This document shows positions 21,923-37,502 of a stretch of DNA of 64,000 nucleotides, piece after piece. A program made the translations under genes and the position numbers. Numbering within the stretch: position 1 is the first letter of the stretch; each line of letters opens with the position of its first letter. Source of the stretch: Neophaeotheca triangularis (lineage: Eukaryota). The DNA lies in contig BAAIJX010000026.1 in the NCBI GenBank assembly GCA_054600435.1, positions 62,001 to 126,000 on the forward strand, in the 5' to 3' direction. The notes beneath the pieces were generated by a model, which worked only from the letters and a program-made list of their open reading frames with translations, was not told where the DNA came from and did not search any database.

Positions 21923-23932
21923 ATGGCAAATCAATACGCTTTCGCGCCCCTCGACCCGGCCCCCACCACTTCGCAGCCCAAGAAGGTCGCATACTTCTAC
22001 GACTCGGACGTGGGCAATTATGCCTACAATGCAGGACACCCGATGAAGCCTCACCGCATTAGGATGGCCCATTCGCTCATCATGAACTATGGCCTCTATA
22101 AGAAGCTCGAAATCTACCGCGCTAAGCCCGCCAGCAAGTACGAGATGACCCAGTTCCACACCGACGAATACGTCGATTTCCTGCAACGCGTGACGCCGGA
22201 CAACATGGACGGTTTCGCAAAGGAACAGGGCAAGTACAATGTCGGCGATGACTGTCCAGTGTTCGACGGCCTTTTCGAGTTCTGTGGTATCAGTGCAGGA
22301 GGAAGCATGGAAGGCGCAGCTCGCCTCAATAGGAAAAAGTGCGACATAGCGGTGAACTGGGCTGGCGGTTTGCATCACGCCAAGAAGAGCGAGGCTTCTG
22401 GGTTTTGCTACATCAACGATATCGTGCTGGGAATCATAGAGCTGCTCCGCTTCCACCAGCGTGTCCTCTACATTGACATCGATGTCCACCATGGTGATGG
22501 TGTAGAGGAGGCTTTCTACAGCACAGACCGAGTCATGACTGTGTCCTTTCACAAATACGGCGAGTACTTCCCAGGTACGGGCGAATTGCGCGACATAGGA
22601 GTCGGTAACGGCCGCCACTACGCTATCAACTTCCCGCTCCGCGACGGCATCGACGACAAGTCGTACAAAAGCATCTTCGAGCCCGTAATCGGAGGGGTAA
22701 TGGAGTACTACAAGCCGACAGCCGTTGTCTTGCAATGTGGTGGAGACTCTCTTTCTGGTGACAGACTCGGTTGCTTCAACCTCAGCATGGGCGGCCACGC
22801 CAACTGCGTCAACTTCGTCAAGTCCTTCAACCTCCCCACGCTCATCCTCGGCGGCGGTGGCTATACCATGCGTAATGTTGCGCGAACCTGGGCCTTTGAG
22901 ACTGGCCAGCTCGTAGGTGCGCACATGCAGCCGGACCTCCCCTTCACCGACTACTACGAATACTACTCTCCCGACTTTGAGCTCGACGTGCGGCCCTCGA
23001 ACATGGACAACGGTAACAGCCGAGAATATCTCGAGCGCATCAAGACTCAAGTCCTCGAAAATCTTCGTCGAACACAGCAAGCGCCTTCCGTTCAGATGCA
23101 CGACGTACCCAATCACCCGCTCGGCATGACGGAGGACATCGACGAGCAAGAAGATCGGTTAGACGATGAAGAGGCAGATCAGGAAGACGGCAAGGACAGG
23201 AGATATCGACAGAGACTCTGGGACAAGAAGGTGGACCGTGATGAAGAGTTCAGCGACAGCGAGGACGAGGAGATGAACGATGCAAACGGCATCAAGAAGC
23301 AGCCCGGCAGACCGAGACGGAGACACATTACCGACTTCCAGAACCCGCATGCTCCTGCTGATCAAAGTGGCGCCAACACACCGATGGAGGACGACGCGCG
23401 AAGTTTGAACGGCGATCAAGATATCGAGATGGGTACTAATGGTGCTGCCGATGCCAAAGCGGCCGTTGCCGGCGAAGAGAATGCAGAGTTGAACGAGGCA
23501 ATCGTCGAGGCCAAGGCCAAGAGCAAGAGCAAGAGTCCGATGCCCCTGACTGCGGTCGAACAAACCCAAGCGGAAGAAGCCCGAGCAGAAGACGCCAGAT
23601 CTGACCAAAGTGAAGCCGCTGCTCCGGTTGCAGAGCCTGCAGACCCCGCGAACGACGAGATGGAAATTGACCCCGCTGCTACCGTTGCCACCGCAGCACC
23701 CATCACTACCCAGACCTCGACGCCTCCAGCGGAACCGGCGCCTACCATAGACACGAGCAACCCGATACCCGCTGCGGGCGCGGAGGGGCAGCAGGATGTC
23801 TCAATGACTGAGGATGCGGCCGAAGCCAAGAACGAGGGTATTGTGGAGCGTGAGAAGGAGGAAGCTGAGGGCGAGGCGGCGACGGAGATGAGTGGTGGTG
23901 GACACAACGTGGGCGGCGGACCAGTCGTCTAA
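21923..23932 (+). CDS. RPD3: Class I histone deacetylase Rpd3/RpdA, intronless, with long acidic C-tail
   Basis: [73 protein letters not shown]. Confidence 0.96.
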   Translation: MANQYAFAPLDPAPTTSQPKKVAYFYDSDVGNYAYNAGHPMKPHRIRMAHSLIMNYGLYKKLEIYRAKPASKYEMTQFHTDEYVDFLQRVTPDNMDGFAKEQGKYNVGDDCPVFDGLFEFCGISAGGSMEGAARLNRKKCDIAVNWAGGLHHAKKSEASGFCYINDIVLGIIELLRFHQRVLYIDIDVHHGDGVEEAFYSTDRVMTVSFHKYGEYFPGTGELRDIGVGNGRHYAINFPLRDGIDDKSYKSIFEPVIGGVMEYYKPTAVVLQCGGDSLSGDRLGCFNLSMGGHANCVNFVKSFNLPTLILGGGGYTMRNVARTWAFETGQLVGAHMQPDLPFTDYYEYYSPDFELDVRPSNMDNGNSREYLERIKTQVLENLRRTQQAPSVQMHDVPNHPLGMTEDIDEQEDRLDDEEADQEDGKDRRYRQRLWDKKVDRDEEFSDSEDEEMNDANGIKKQPGRPRRRHITDFQNPHAPADQSGANTPMEDDARSLNGDQDIEMGTNGAADAKAAVAGEENAELNEAIVEAKAKSKSKSPMPLTAVEQTQAEEARAEDARSDQSEAAAPVAEPADPANDEMEIDPAATVATAAPITTQTSTPPAEPAPTIDTSNPIPAAGAEGQQDVSMTEDAAEAKNEGIVEREKEEAEGEAATEMSGGGHNVGGGPVV

Positions 23933-25017
23933 TGAGGTAGAAGATGCTTCACGATGGCGCATCTAGGCGTTTGGAGGGATGGACCAGCTATGAGTTACTA
24001 CAGGACGGGGAGAAAGCGATGGCGTTGTGGACGGTCTCTGCTGCTTCGACTGATGCCTTTGTAGATTAGGCTGCTCGATTTGTGGAAGAATATCTCCTTT
24101 CCCATTTACAATCAAACTACCTTCACCCCACATAACCGTCTTCTAGAGCTTGCCAACCAAGAGTCTTCCAACTTCCAAGACAGCGCACAGGGTAGCAGCG
24201 CACCTACCTTTAGTCCTGAACGCCCGGAGACTGTGACCCTAAGCAGCTAACAAACGAGCTCATAGATAGAACCTTGGTGGCTGCAGGTGGCTTCTACTGT
24301 CTAGACCAAACGGGGGGAGGTACAGCTCCTCCGCAGGGCTGAGGTGTGGTACTGTTGTTCCTGATCTTCCCGAGCTGCCACGGATGGTGTGCAGTGCGAG
24401 ACGTATCAGATGTGTTGGCGAGCCTGGAAGGTGGAAGGAGGTACCGGAGTAGATGTCTAGATACATGGAAGGTATCTTGCTTTGATGAAATGGTACAGTA
24501 GTACAGGTACCTTGGCTTACCTGCTGGACGTGATGAAGGAGGGGAGGTGGGAGGTACCTACCTATACCTTTGTCCCTCCAGCTTTGCGCCGAGGAAGGCA
24601 CCGAGCACGACGACGTCAACTTTCTGGCTCGAGCTCCCGACCTGCCAACCCCCACTTTGTGCGTTCCTGTGACTTCACTTGGGCTTCGCCGCTTGCTGGA
24701 GGATGCAGGTGGGTATGTATTTGCAAGGTCACGGTACAATAACGATACGGCAAAAGGTGGACTTTGGGTGATGAGGATCGGAAAACAAATGGTATCTTGG
24801 CATTGTTGAGCTGTACAATAATTATTAATGTCGATGAAGCAAAACACCGCCAGCCGGAGTGGCGCGGTTGTCCCAGGCGCGACATGATACACCCGGTACC
24901 TATCCCAATGGCCCCACTTCAGAGCAATGGGTGAGGGGCAGCCTGACGTTGTAGGAGGTAACGAGCAAACAGGCGAAAAATCAACATTAAAGTCTCCGGG
25001 AACGCTACCTACTTTAA

Positions 25018-25956
<939 letters not shown>

Positions 25957-27125
25957 AGGAGGATCAGTTGAGAGGTTTGAGAAGGAGAGGAAGCTGGGGA
26001 TGGCTTTGCGATAACATGGAGATGGTCATGCTTACCGTGTGTATCTAGAGGCATGCCCTGTTACGAAATGAAACCACATTATGATGCCAACTTAATGACT
26101 ATATCTTATTTCGTTGCGATGCGATGACTGATTGAAACCATCCAAAGATGGGTCGCTAACTATCTCGACAGGATGTTGCTGCGTGGCTGTGGAGAAAAAT
26201 AGCTCACATCTCTCACAAGAAGCTGCCTTCCTGTTGACAGAGCTTGGACAGGCTCTTCAACTTTATACGGCCGCTTTGCCCAGAGTACATCTTTTAGGCC
26301 TCAGCCCGCTATGGGGGGAGGATACACCGCAGAGCTTAGCTAGCAACTTGGTCGGGTCGAATGGGTCAAATGCAAGAAGTCTCAGCTCGAACCGTGGTCT
26401 TACCGCATGATGAAGTCTCGCATTTCAAGCCCTCTCATGGCAACAAGATCGATGTAGAGGCCCACTGGTGCAAGTAACATCCATTGTTGTAGAGACAGCC
26501 CGGGCGTGTTGATATGGTCAGACGTCATAGCCTGAGGCTCGCCACGTCCCGAGGTCCAGACTTTGAGGATTTCTATTTTCGTAGACATCTCTTCTTGGCA
26601 GGACAATCCGCGTGGCAACGGTAGGAAGCCGCAGGCAGTAGTCTAGCCCTGTTTGTGCAAATCTACGACGCGGCAGACCCCTTGCCCAGGTGGCTCGTGT
26701 GCATCTTCAACCCTGCCCACGCCTGCCCTGCGTCGAATCCCTACCCCTACCTTAGCACTTCCAACTTTCTCCATTCCACACTTCAATCTTCCATTATCAC
26801 CAAAGTTGTCTGTTCTGTTTTCTTGGCTCTCTTCTTCCCTTGCTGCACATACGGGTCGGCTTCATTCGCTTCCACCTGTGCTTTTTGACAGATAAAGGTC
26901 AAATCGCAACAGCACACTATTCACATACAAAGGGGTCTACAACTCCTCCGCACCTCCGTCGAACGAGCTTCTCGACGGTGTCAACAACAGCGCATTCCTC
27001 GCGCAGCGTCCTACAGCCTAGTGCCAACTCTCGTGCTCGACACGACCACTTCGAGCATCGAGCTCACCTACTCTCCCTTCACCACTTCCTAGCTGCTGGA
27101 TCGCCAGCAAGTACAGCTAGCAACC

Positions 27126-28620
27126 ATGAGACAAGCCTTTAGCGCCGCCCTCGCGCTCGCCGCAACCTTCTCGCTCACCCTCGCTCAAAGCAACATCCCT
27201 CAATGCGGTCCCAACAACCCTTGCCCAGCGGACACACCCTGCTGCTCGCAATACGGCCAATGCGGTGTCGGCGCCTATTGCCTTGGAGGCTGCGATCCCA
27301 TATTCTCCTACTCCCTCGACTCCTGCGTCCCGGCACCCATGTGCAAGAGCGAAGACTACAAGCTCAACAGCCTCGACGATGTCATCCGAAACACTGAATA
27401 CCTTGGCGATGCGAGTAAACATGGCTGGGTCAGCAGCGGGACGCCGGTGTCTTACAATGATGAAGCTATTCTGTTGACGATGCCGCCGGATACTGTTGGC
27501 ACGCTGTTGATGAGCACACATTACGTTTGGTACGGCAAGGTCAGCGCTACCATGACTTCTAGCCAGGGGGCAGGTGTGGTGACGGCTTTCATTTTGATGA
27601 GCGATGTGAAGGACGAAATCGATTTTGAGTGGGTGGGAACGGATTTGGAGCACGCGCAGAGCAACTACTACTTCCAAGGAATCACTGATTGTGAGTACAA
27701 TCTTTTTGCCTAACACTACGAGTTGAAAATGCTGACACTGCTACACAGACGAGAATGGAGGCAACCTCTCGGTTTCCAATACGGTGGAGAATGTGCACAC
27801 CTACTCCATTGATTGGCAACCAGACCACATCACCTGGTCTATCGATGGAGAAGAAATGCGCACAGTCAACCGTGACGATACCTGGAACGAAACCTCTCAG
27901 CAATACCATTTCCCGCAGACCCCCTCCCGCGTGCAACTCTCTCTCTGGCCCGGCGGTCTGCCATCCAACGGCGAGGGTACCATCGCCTGGGCAGGTGGCC
28001 TAGTGGACTGGAACAGCGACGCCATGCAAAACGGCTACTACTACGCCATGATCAACGACATTACCATCGAATGCTACGACCCTCCTCGCGGTTACGACAA
28101 CCAAGGCGACAAGAGCTACATATACACCGACGCAGCCGGCACAAACGACACCATCCGCACTGTCGACGAAGACGGCATTCTCGCAAGCTTCTACGCAACG
28201 GGCGAGAACAAGGACAAAGACCCCAACGCGCCTTCCCCTTCAAGCAAAAGCAAAACCTCTGCCGCCTCCAGCGGGTCCTCGGCCACGTCATCAGCGACCT
28301 CCGAACCCGAAACTGTGCCAGGAATCAGCGGTGGCGGTGCGCGCGGCGAAGATGGCGCTCCTCAAGGCGGCGCTGGCAACAGCAACAGCAACGGCGGTTC
28401 ATCCAATAGCGGCAGCAGCGGCGACCCTTCCAGCGACGACAGCTCATCGGATGACGACAGCGGCAGCAACATCGTCGGCAACCCCAACTTCTCGCAAGGC
28501 GAAGCCCAAGCCCAAGACAGCGGCAACGGCGGCACCAGCGACGGCACCAAGGCTTCTGCCAGTATGGCCGGGAGCGCAGTTGCGTTGCTTGGATTTATTG
28601 CCGTCGCTCTTATGATCTAA
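27126..28620 (+). CDS. UTR2: Crh-family GH16 chitin transglycosylase with N-terminal chitin-binding (CBM18-like) module, Utr2/Crh2-like, GPI signal; intron 27691-27748
   Basis: Signal peptide; CCSQYGQCGVGAYCLGGC; DEIDFEW catalytic motif; Ser-rich stalk; hydrophobic C-terminus. Confidence 0.88.
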
Positions 28621-29101
28621 TTTGAAATTTCCTTGGTCGGTTTCTGTTGAAAGTTACGTCGTTTCTCTCATCAAGAAGGTGCATGGCGGTTGTTTGAAGG
28701 AGGTAATACCCACGTGCTACCTGATCATTTGCATGGAGTGGTTTCTGTGGGTTTGGGGGGAGTCGGGCTTGGCTTTGAGACTGTGTATACTGAGCGTTTC
28801 GTAGCTTTTGGGACTTTTCAATCCACTCAGAGTCTGTTCTTCACCTCTTAAACACAATTGCCAATAAACTCACCCCCCTGCTGGATAGTCGAAAAGAGAT
28901 TTCGTCACGTGATGTCAACCAGCGCCAAGATTCACAACTCTTAGCGCGCGCACGTGCGCACGGTCCACCAGTCGTGAATCTCAATTTTGACCTCGACTTG
29001 TACCTCTGCAAGCCAGCGACGACGACAAGCAGTACCTCTAGACAAGCCCAACCCGTACCACTACCAAACCCTCCACAACCACTCCCCAAACACCACCAAC
29101 C

Positions 29102-29434
29102 ATGGAGAATGAACGCGGCGAGCTCGTCGACCTGTACGCCCTACCCCCACCACTCCACTACAAACCCCCGGGTACAAATATCTAACCTTCACTCTTCCCT
29201 CACAGCTACGTCCCCCGCAAGTGCAGCGCCACCAACCGCATCATCACGGCCAAGGACCACGGTTCCGTTCAACTGTCCGTCGGCAAGGTCGACGAGAACG
29301 GCCGCTACACGGGCGAGAACCAGGTCTACGCGCTTTGCGGTTTCGTGCGCGCCATGGGCGAGAGCGACGACTGCATGAACCGTTTGACTCAGAAGGATGG
29401 CTTTTTGAAGAACGTGTGGAGTGGGAGCAGGTAG
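29102..29434 (+). CDS. RPS21: 40S ribosomal protein eS21; intron 29134-29205
   Basis: [47 protein letters not shown]...[14 protein letters not shown]...CTAAC...CAG intron. Confidence 0.96.
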
Positions 29435-31371
29435 ATTGACGGATGGAGCGGAAGGGAGGAGGAGGAGATGTGGAGGGAGGATAGGGGTGTGATGGGTGAG
29501 TTTTGGGATATTCCTCTTTCTTTGTTGCGCATGGGGTTTGGAGGATCTTTCAAGGTGGTGCTTGGTTTGGGGTTTGAGGAGCTGGATTGCTGATTTCTGT
29601 GAGGATACAGTGGCCTCGAGGCTTTGAAGTGCGGACACGATGATGCTGCTTGATGGATTGGGGGGCTCAGGCTCCTTCTTTCTGCTTGCCTGCTTGCTTC
29701 CTCGGGCTCTGGCTGCGGCCAGGCCGTAGAGACTTGTACCACGTCAGATACCAGACCAAACGAGCTCATGCCACCAATTTACCCCGGCCGTTCCGCTTTC
29801 GCAAGTCTTCGATTTTGTTGACAAAGGGCCTGTGTAGATCTTGATGAGTTGGCCTTCAATGGGCACAAGTGCAAGAGTCGTGATCTGATGAAATAGGAGA
29901 ACTGCGATCTGACGGCATATTTCCTTAGGGACAGCGTCCAGCTATAGGAGGCTTGCCCACACAAACTTAAACCCCTTTACTAACACGACCCGAATGCACC
30001 GATTTTGCGCATTGCATGTTCCGCCCCACTCAATAGCTACAATAATTGTTTCCTTGACGCAAACCAGATTGACGCAACCAACGGAGTGGTTACGACCGAG
30101 CCGACCTTTATCACGAATTGGACGTCTCCAGTGCTGGACTCTGCTTGCGCCTGTGAGATTGTACTACTGGCCAAGAAAGCATTGGCGGACTAACTGCTTG
30201 CTTCACACCCTCTTGACACATACGGCCCACCCTCAAAGCACCAAACGCATGTCCCCCCCTTACCCGTCATAAGCAGCAGTAGCAGTAGCAGAAGCAGCAA
30301 GCACAGCTCTCCGATCGCCACCATCCTCATCCCCACCGTTAGCCGAAGACGCCCACACAACCAGCCGATCCCTTCTCTTCCCATCCCTCCACTCGCCTGC
30401 CCCCTCGATAGCAACACCCGGCTTCCAAACGGCCTGCTCCCTCTCCTCACTGAGGAACGCCATGAGGGAAACAGGAAAGGCAGAGCGGCGGGCGCTGCGG
30501 GGCTTTCGAGAACCCGGCGCTCTCCGCTCACTCTAGCCTAGAGCGATGTGGTCTTGTTTCGTTCAAGGTCTCTTCTCGCTGTTGAAAGTCTGCTGCCGTT
30601 GAGGTTACTGGGCTGTGGAACAGATACGAGCGGGACATTTTCTCTTTTCGTTGGCTTTTCAACACAGGGTTGGGTGGAGAGCGTAGCAGTTTGGTCATCT
30701 TTCCGCTGGCAACTCGTTGGGGTGAAGCGAGTTCACAAGTAGTTTAGTGGCATTAAGATGTTGCCCTACAGACCTCATCTATCAAATCAGAAAAAAGGTA
30801 TAAAGCATCCCGTCCGAGCGACTCAGATGGATTCGTGTCTTGAACCTCATCAGCTCCCAACAGTCGCATCGCTCGCCAATGACCCACCCAGACTCGAACA
30901 AGTAGCCTTCACAGGAAAAAAATAGAAGAATCTTTCCCATTCGGAATGCCATAGCAGGGTGAAAGGCCGGAAACGCCTTCCAGTCTGCTAGCACCGTAAG
31001 TATAACGCCGCAAGCCATGTACCCGTCGTCGCTGTCGAGCAGGTGCTGGAAATGGAGAAAGCACGCCACACTCCCAAGCAAGTAAGAAACCGCACCACCA
31101 TCGAAATTTTCCACCTCGTCACCCGAAGACCACAACCCCGAGCCTTTTATTCTGAACTTTCGTCGCCGTCAAAAGTAGGTGCAGGAAATGTAGAAGACAC
31201 GCAACACTCGCAAACAAACAAGCTAGAAAGGGGACACCCACACCCGGCACCTCAATCGAGAGTTTTCACCTTGTCGTCCAAACAGCCAGCCACTCCGCGC
31301 CCCCCTCTTCCCCAAAAACAAAAAGCCACATCCCCACACTTCTAACCCAAGCCCAGACCCAAGACCACCGC

Positions 31372-31880
31372 TCACGAACTACTCATCTCCCTCGTTCCCC
31401 TCTGCGGCGCAAACAACCCCCCCAACCCACTCTCTTCCGTCATAAAACTCGAAGGCGTCTCGGGCTGCAGCGAATCCTGGTCCCCGAACAATCTGCCATC
31501 GGTGTAATCGATCGGGCCCAGCTCGAAAGAGTGGTCGAATTTGGCCTCGCCGTGCTGGTGTTGTTGCTGTTGTTGATGCTGGAATTGTTGCTGCGCCAGG
31601 GCGAAATGCGGACGGTGTTGGAGGAAGGGTTGTTGTTGCTGTTGTGTGGGTTGCGGGGAGAGGGAGTTGGTGTTGCTTCCGCTGCCGCTGTGTAGGTTCA
31701 GGAAGTAGGGGCTGTCGATTGTGCCCGGCGGGGGTGGCGGGACGGGGAAGCGTTGTTGGTGCTGCAAAGGGAGGCCGTGGCTTAAGTGCGGCGAGCCGTG
31801 GAGACTGGATCCGGCTGACATTGGCGTCGGCATGCCTGGTGTCTCCCATCGACTGGAGGGAGGGCCGTTGAAAGCTGATG

Positions 31881-31911
<31 letters not shown>

Positions 31912-33665
31912 ATGGCCAACATAGTGCTGTTGACCCTGCTGCTGCATCTGATGCACCCGCCTCGCCCTCTCGCGCTCACGAACGGCGCTGCCACCACCAC
32001 CTCCGCCACGTGGGTACGATGTAAGCCCCTGCTGTTGCTGCTGCTGGCTCTCGAGTCGCTGGTTCCTGCGCGTGGCCGCTCGCGTGGCAGCACCACCCCT
32101 GGCGCCGCTGATCTGGCGCTTGAGAGCGGGCGCCGCGGATTTGCGCTCGGGCTTACGTTTCGGGTCTTTACGGTAGCGGGTGGTGCTTATGACGCCGCCT
32201 AGGGTGAGGGCTTCGTCTGTGAGCCGCCAGAGGGAGCCCTTTTTGCCTGAGGTCGACTCTGTCTGGGTCACGCGCTTGAAGGCCTAGTATACCAGGAAGA
32301 AAAGGGGTTAGGAGGGAGTGGGGTATTAGGGCTTAGGGGGAAAGGTCTTACAGCGTTCATGGAGAGGTTGTGGCGGACGCTGTTTTGCCAGCCCCGGTTG
32401 CTGGGGTCTTTGGCTTTTTGGCTGTGTTGCGAGACCCATTCGTAGAGCTCTTTGAGGGTGAGGGTGTGGTTTGGCGCTTCTTTCAGGCAGCGGTATAGGA
32501 GTTGAGCGTAGCAGGGGTCGGAGGGGTCGCTGTTGTCGCCGTCATCAGCCGGTGTGCTGTCATTCGCTGGCTGCCAAGCGTTGGTCTGACGTTCACGATA
32601 GGCTTCCATCGGCTCTAAAGGGGATTCCTGTGGAGATCGGTGGTAATCAGGTTGGAAGACGAAGTCTCCATTAGCAGGTTGTTGGAGATCAGGCTGCCAA
32701 CCGAACGACATCATGTTGTTGTTGTTGTTGTCTTGGTCATTGTATTGATGGGTTGCCTCCCAAGGCTCGTTCTCCATGATGGTAGGCTGATAGGACATTG
32801 AGGGTGGCTGGGTAGGGGTCCAAGTGGGTGGGTATTGCTGATGTGGGTTGAGCTGGGCGAATATGCAAGAGCCGGAAGAGGAGGAGCCACTCGAGGCAGA
32901 AGGCAAGGAGGTCATGTCGAGGGTCAGACGCCTATGGTCAAGAGACCCGCCAGGCTCGGCGAAGTCCAGATTTTTGTGTGTACGGCACTGCATTGTATTC
33001 TGCACTGAAGTTGCGTGGTCTTTGTGGGCGAAACTGTTGTGAGCGGCATAGAACAAGTTGTTAGGCACAGTCTCGGCGTGTTCATAATTCCGCTGATTGT
33101 CTCGTGTAGTACTCGATGTGCTGTCTATGTCGTTGTCGAGCGAGGTAGCAGCTCTACTGTGGAAGGGTTGGTGGAAGGAGTTGTTTCCGTTGTCGTCGAA
33201 GGAGTTGTCAAGTAGCCTGCTACCCCTACTAGCAAACGAATTGCCATAGGAGCTCACTGCGTTCGTAGAGCTGAGGGCGTTGTTCATGAAGCTACTTTGC
33301 ATGTTCGTGTTCATAGAATGCCGCTCACTACAAAGCTGGGTAGCAGAGTCGAGGGAATCGTTTACAGCGCCGCCTTGCATGTTTGCGTTCGAAGAATGCC
33401 GGTCGTTACAAAGCTGCATTGCTTCTTGGTCCGGAGATAGTGGAGTATAACCTGAGGAAGGGCTGTCTTCTCGAGCGTCGTCCTTTGCAATTTCGTCAAT
33501 GATGGAGATGAGATCCAGCCTTTCTTTATCTTCGGTAGGAGGCATCTCGGCGTCACAAGTTAATTCTGCGAGCTGGTGACTGGATTGCATCGCCAGGACA
33601 TGACCTCGTTCAGGCTCCAGCCACAGTGACTCGTCGGTTTCGTTGTCCATGCGTTCAGCGGTCAT
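31372..33665 (-). CDS. Forkhead-domain transcription factor with Gln-rich C-terminus; intron 32284-32351
   Basis: PCYAQLLYRCLKEAPNHTLTLKELYEWV...GWQNSVRHNLSMNA|AFKRV...KKGSLWRLT; poly-Q tracts. Start codon uncertain (33665 or 33650). Confidence 0.88.
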
Positions 33666-35580
33666 TCGACCACGGCCAGCCAAGGCTTATTGACCTAGCC
33701 AACAGTCACCGTCGACTCCTGCTTTGGGAACTGCAACTGGTTGAATGATATGATATGATGTCGTAAGCAATATCAACTGATGGGGTGAATGCGGCTAATT
33801 GCAAAGGGAGCAGGATAGATTGACGCAGATCCAGGTTCGACAGACGTTATGAGTAGGCAATGAGGAGGGGCGAAGCAGTTGTGGTACAGCGACGGCCCTG
33901 CTGTTCCGCCTCGTCAATATACGACAGCAATGGATTGGGTTGCGCTAGACAGCTCCCGCGCACGTGTATCGCTGCTTCGCCCGATGCGTATTGTCCGGAA
34001 TGCCGTGGTAGCGCAGAGTAGCAGTCCAACAATGATACTTGCCTGAGCGCAGAGACAAGCAAAGGGTAGATAGGAGTAACGAAAGCAGGGAGTCATGCCG
34101 CCGGAGTCAGTACTCCCTGAGCACCCCCTCTCCGCTGTCCAAACAGATAATTTGTAAGGGCTTTGAAGGCGACACAAAGCAAGCGCAAAGACGTATCCGC
34201 TGTCAGGCCTACCATAACTCCTGCGACACTATGCTCGGCCGTGCAGCACCGCGCATTGTTCGCTACGGCGGCTCTGCGAGATGCGCGGTGCTTGCGCCAG
34301 CGCATGTACCCATTGCACATGGCGCCATATACCCGCCTTGCCGACAGGCTCTGGCTGCCGGTCCCATGCCGGTGTGTCAATTGCCCGGCATGATAGATGG
34401 TAGGCTCATGGTACGTCAGACCTTTTGCTCTACCAAGCAAGCATTGAGGCGGGAGGGGAAGTAAACTTAGGTTAGCACCATGGGGCTGGTTGTTGGCTTT
34501 GTGAAAGGCAAAGAGACGAACTTCGGCGATTTTCATGAGAATGTGCAAGTCGGCCCGGACCCAACGCAGAGCACAAGCGGCGAGCATGCTGGGGGACAAT
34601 GGACAGTGCGTGGTGCCTGGTGGCAGCAATAAGAGCGAGCAAAAGGTCGGTGACGGCTTGCAGGGCGCTCGTGCACTGAATTGACGGGGGGAAGCCTTGC
34701 CAGTGGTTACATGGCGGGCATAATCGATTGGTTCTTCATTCCTGGGAGAATCCTGCTAGGAGCCCTGTATGCTGTCGCTATCCGTCAGCCGGGTACCGGG
34801 CGTCTGTCCCACGTCGCGGAGGGCCTTCATTCGGAATCTTCAGCCTAGGGTGTAATGCTTCTAGAATAGGGTTGACGGGCGCGAGCAGTTCGTGCCGAAG
34901 GGTGCTTTGCGCTTTTGTAACATGATCTGCTTCATGGATGGACATGGGGAGGTGTTGAGTTTGTCAGGTAGTAAAGGGCAAATACATCAGCGAGCAATAG
35001 TTAGCAGGGTCAAACGGTCTCCCGCCTCACCCTTTAGTGATGGCAATAGAATTGTTGAAAGACGATTGCATTCTGGCTATGAAAGAGGAACGAAGCTCCT
35101 CATGCTCGACGCTCTGAAGCTCGGTTCGGTTGTATGCCGCCAACCTTACTGATACGGCGACGGCAAGTGAACGCAGAATGCAGCTTTCCGAAATGTACCA
35201 GCTCATTTTGCACGATCTGCGACGTATGCAGTACGCAAGAAAGCTGTTTCAGATCGAATGCGCCACCTCAATGCTACTGGCAGTGCCCTGTGTCTCATGA
35301 CACCGCTGCCTGTCTGAATGAGGTACGGCATACTTTGACAGCTGTTGTAAGACACGGCTGTGCTTTTGTGGAAGGCGATTTGATGCCTTGATCCGTGTTG
35401 TCTGTCCTGAGATTCGTCAGTCATAGGCTTCTAACAGCGGCCGCACTAGGATTGTACATACCTTGCAAATGCTGTTAAACCATATCTGAAGTTGTTGAGC
35501 AGCACAGTGCTGCTGCGCGTAAAGGGGTATCTCTTGTGATGTCGCATGCTCCGAGTGCTGCTCCATGATCGTTCCCGTAA

Positions 35581-37053
35581 TCACTTTCTGTAATAGATCT
35601 AGTAGGGGCGGTCAGATCGAGTGCTTGAGAAGTCCGCACGCCTATCATAACTCACCCTCTTGAAGTTGAAGTGCAGAGAGAGAACGCCCTATAGTTATTG
35701 TCAGCGGTTGTGTTCGTTGCAAGGACGAGGAGGGACAGCTTATGTCGCAGATTGGCATCCACGAAAGTACTCTACCTTGTCAAACACGCTCTTGTACCCG
35801 CGCTCGCTCTTTGCACTGTAGTCCCACTCTTTGTCGACGATGCGGAAGGCGATATCCTCGTACGGCGGTCCACCGATGAAACGAATGATGCACGTGTCGG
35901 CTTCTCCAGCTGGTGCGTTGCTCTGGCCCCTGAGCCTGCCGTTCTCCCTCTCTACCTTGAAGTCCGGCGTCTTCATGGAGTCGATGAGGTCGGGGTAGAA
36001 AATGTTGAATTTGTATCCCTGAACGATCTTTGGTGGAGGGTTGTCATGGTCGTAGTGCGTCTGATTGTACTTGTTCCACTCGTAACCCATGTGAACCCTG
36101 TTGAAGTACTTTGGCTTACGAGGGCGATATTTGGTCGCCCACGAAGCTTGGCTCTTGTTCACAGACACCGGTGCTTCCGCAGCGAACATTTCCTCGCCTT
36201 CGGCCATGCCACGGGCGCGCTCACGCTTCAGAAGAGCATCTGTGGTTGCGCTTGAGACTTCGCTCTCCTCGACGCGTGCTTTCTTGGCCGCTGGTTGCAC
36301 GCTAGCAGTGCTTGCCAAGCCCTTCTTGGGGTGCTCGTACGCAGCGCCTCCCTCTTTGATAAAGCGGCTGAGGGCTCCGGTTTGCGATGCACTTCCGTTC
36401 GAAGTCTGTGTTTGAGTGGCGTTCGCGACAGTACCTCCACGCGCCTGAAGGAGCTTGTCCGAAATTTGCTTGAGCTTTGCCTTGCACTGTGCACCCTTCA
36501 TGCGCTCAAGGATACCGTTCCAGAAGTCGGGGTCCATGATGTCCCCGCTAGCAATCTTCTTCTTGACTCTGCCTTCAAGCTCGACGAGACCATCGTAGTC
36601 CTTCTTGGCAAAAATCGCGTCGATCTTGTCGGCGACATTGTTAATGTCGCGGTAGGTGGTCTTTGTGGGCTTGATAGCTTCCTTGCGGTCTTCACAGGCT
36701 TCCTTCATCGTCTTCCAGTACTGTTGGTTGCTGCGGCTCGTCTCAAGAGTGATGAACGTTTCAATCTCCTTCACCAACCCATCCAGACCCCTCTCGTCCT
36801 GCGCGTAGATGACTTCCTTGGGGTCTTTCACCTCCAACTCGGCAAGATCGATCCCATCATCGAGCTTGTTGTGCTCAGGGTTGATCACGATCACGACAAT
36901 GGCGAGCCAGTCGATTGTTTGAGGACGGTTAGCCTTGATGCGGATGGCGGCCTTCTTCTTGGTCTGCTGCAGCACGAAGCGGTCCTCGTCTGCGACCCAT
37001 GCCTCCTCCAACTCGTCGGCCGTGCGCTTCAGTGGATTGTTTGGCGCCGACAT
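35581..37053 (-). CDS. Cactin (splicing factor); exons 37053-35776, 35688-35656, 35598-35581
   Basis: EDRFVLQQTKKKAAIRIK, KYRPRKPKYFNRVHMGYEWNKYNQTHYDHDNPPPKIVQGYKFNIFYPDLID, GPPYEDIAFRIVDKEW; spliced end GVLSLHFNFKR|IYYRK*. Confidence 0.9.
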
Positions 37054-37502
37054 GCTTGCGCGTGGTGTAGAGGGCAGACAGTCAGTGGTAGGCAGATTAT
37101 GAAAGTGTTGGTGGTTGAGAGAGTGAGAGAGTGAGTATGAAGAATGCTGACCCGCCGAATATGCGAGTCGAGCTGGTGGTAAGAAGTGAAGCTTGGAAGT
37201 CGAGGTTCAGTCGCGTTTAAGCAAACATGGATGCATGTGAAGATATTCGTGTGGCACGTGCAGTGGCTGGGGCGACCATCGCGATAAGATGATGCGATAA
37301 GATAAGATCTCACCAGCACGAAACGCACCTCAAGCCTCCACAACGCCAGACGACAACGACCTGGAAGCTAACACTTGCTTTCGAGGCACAGTTGCCTTGG
37401 GAAGACGATGGTGACACCATGGCTGCTCCAAAGCCGTAGCATATCGATTATAGCTCTTTGGTAGGTATCCCGGCCACAGTTTATGCTATCGGCTTCTCCA
37501 AC

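Noticed and set aside
21848..23149. 433-aa ORF antisense to RPD3
   Set aside because: Shadow ORF produced by codon bias on the opposite strand; no recognisable motifs.
24310..24905. Recurrent AGGTACC/TACCTA words upstream of the SDR gene (also about 47870-47990 and 53070)
   Set aside because: They recur in several unrelated intergenic regions; a specific function cannot be supported.
29435..31371. Short ORFs between RPS21 and the forkhead gene
   Set aside because: No consistent splice model or recognisable protein; left unannotated.
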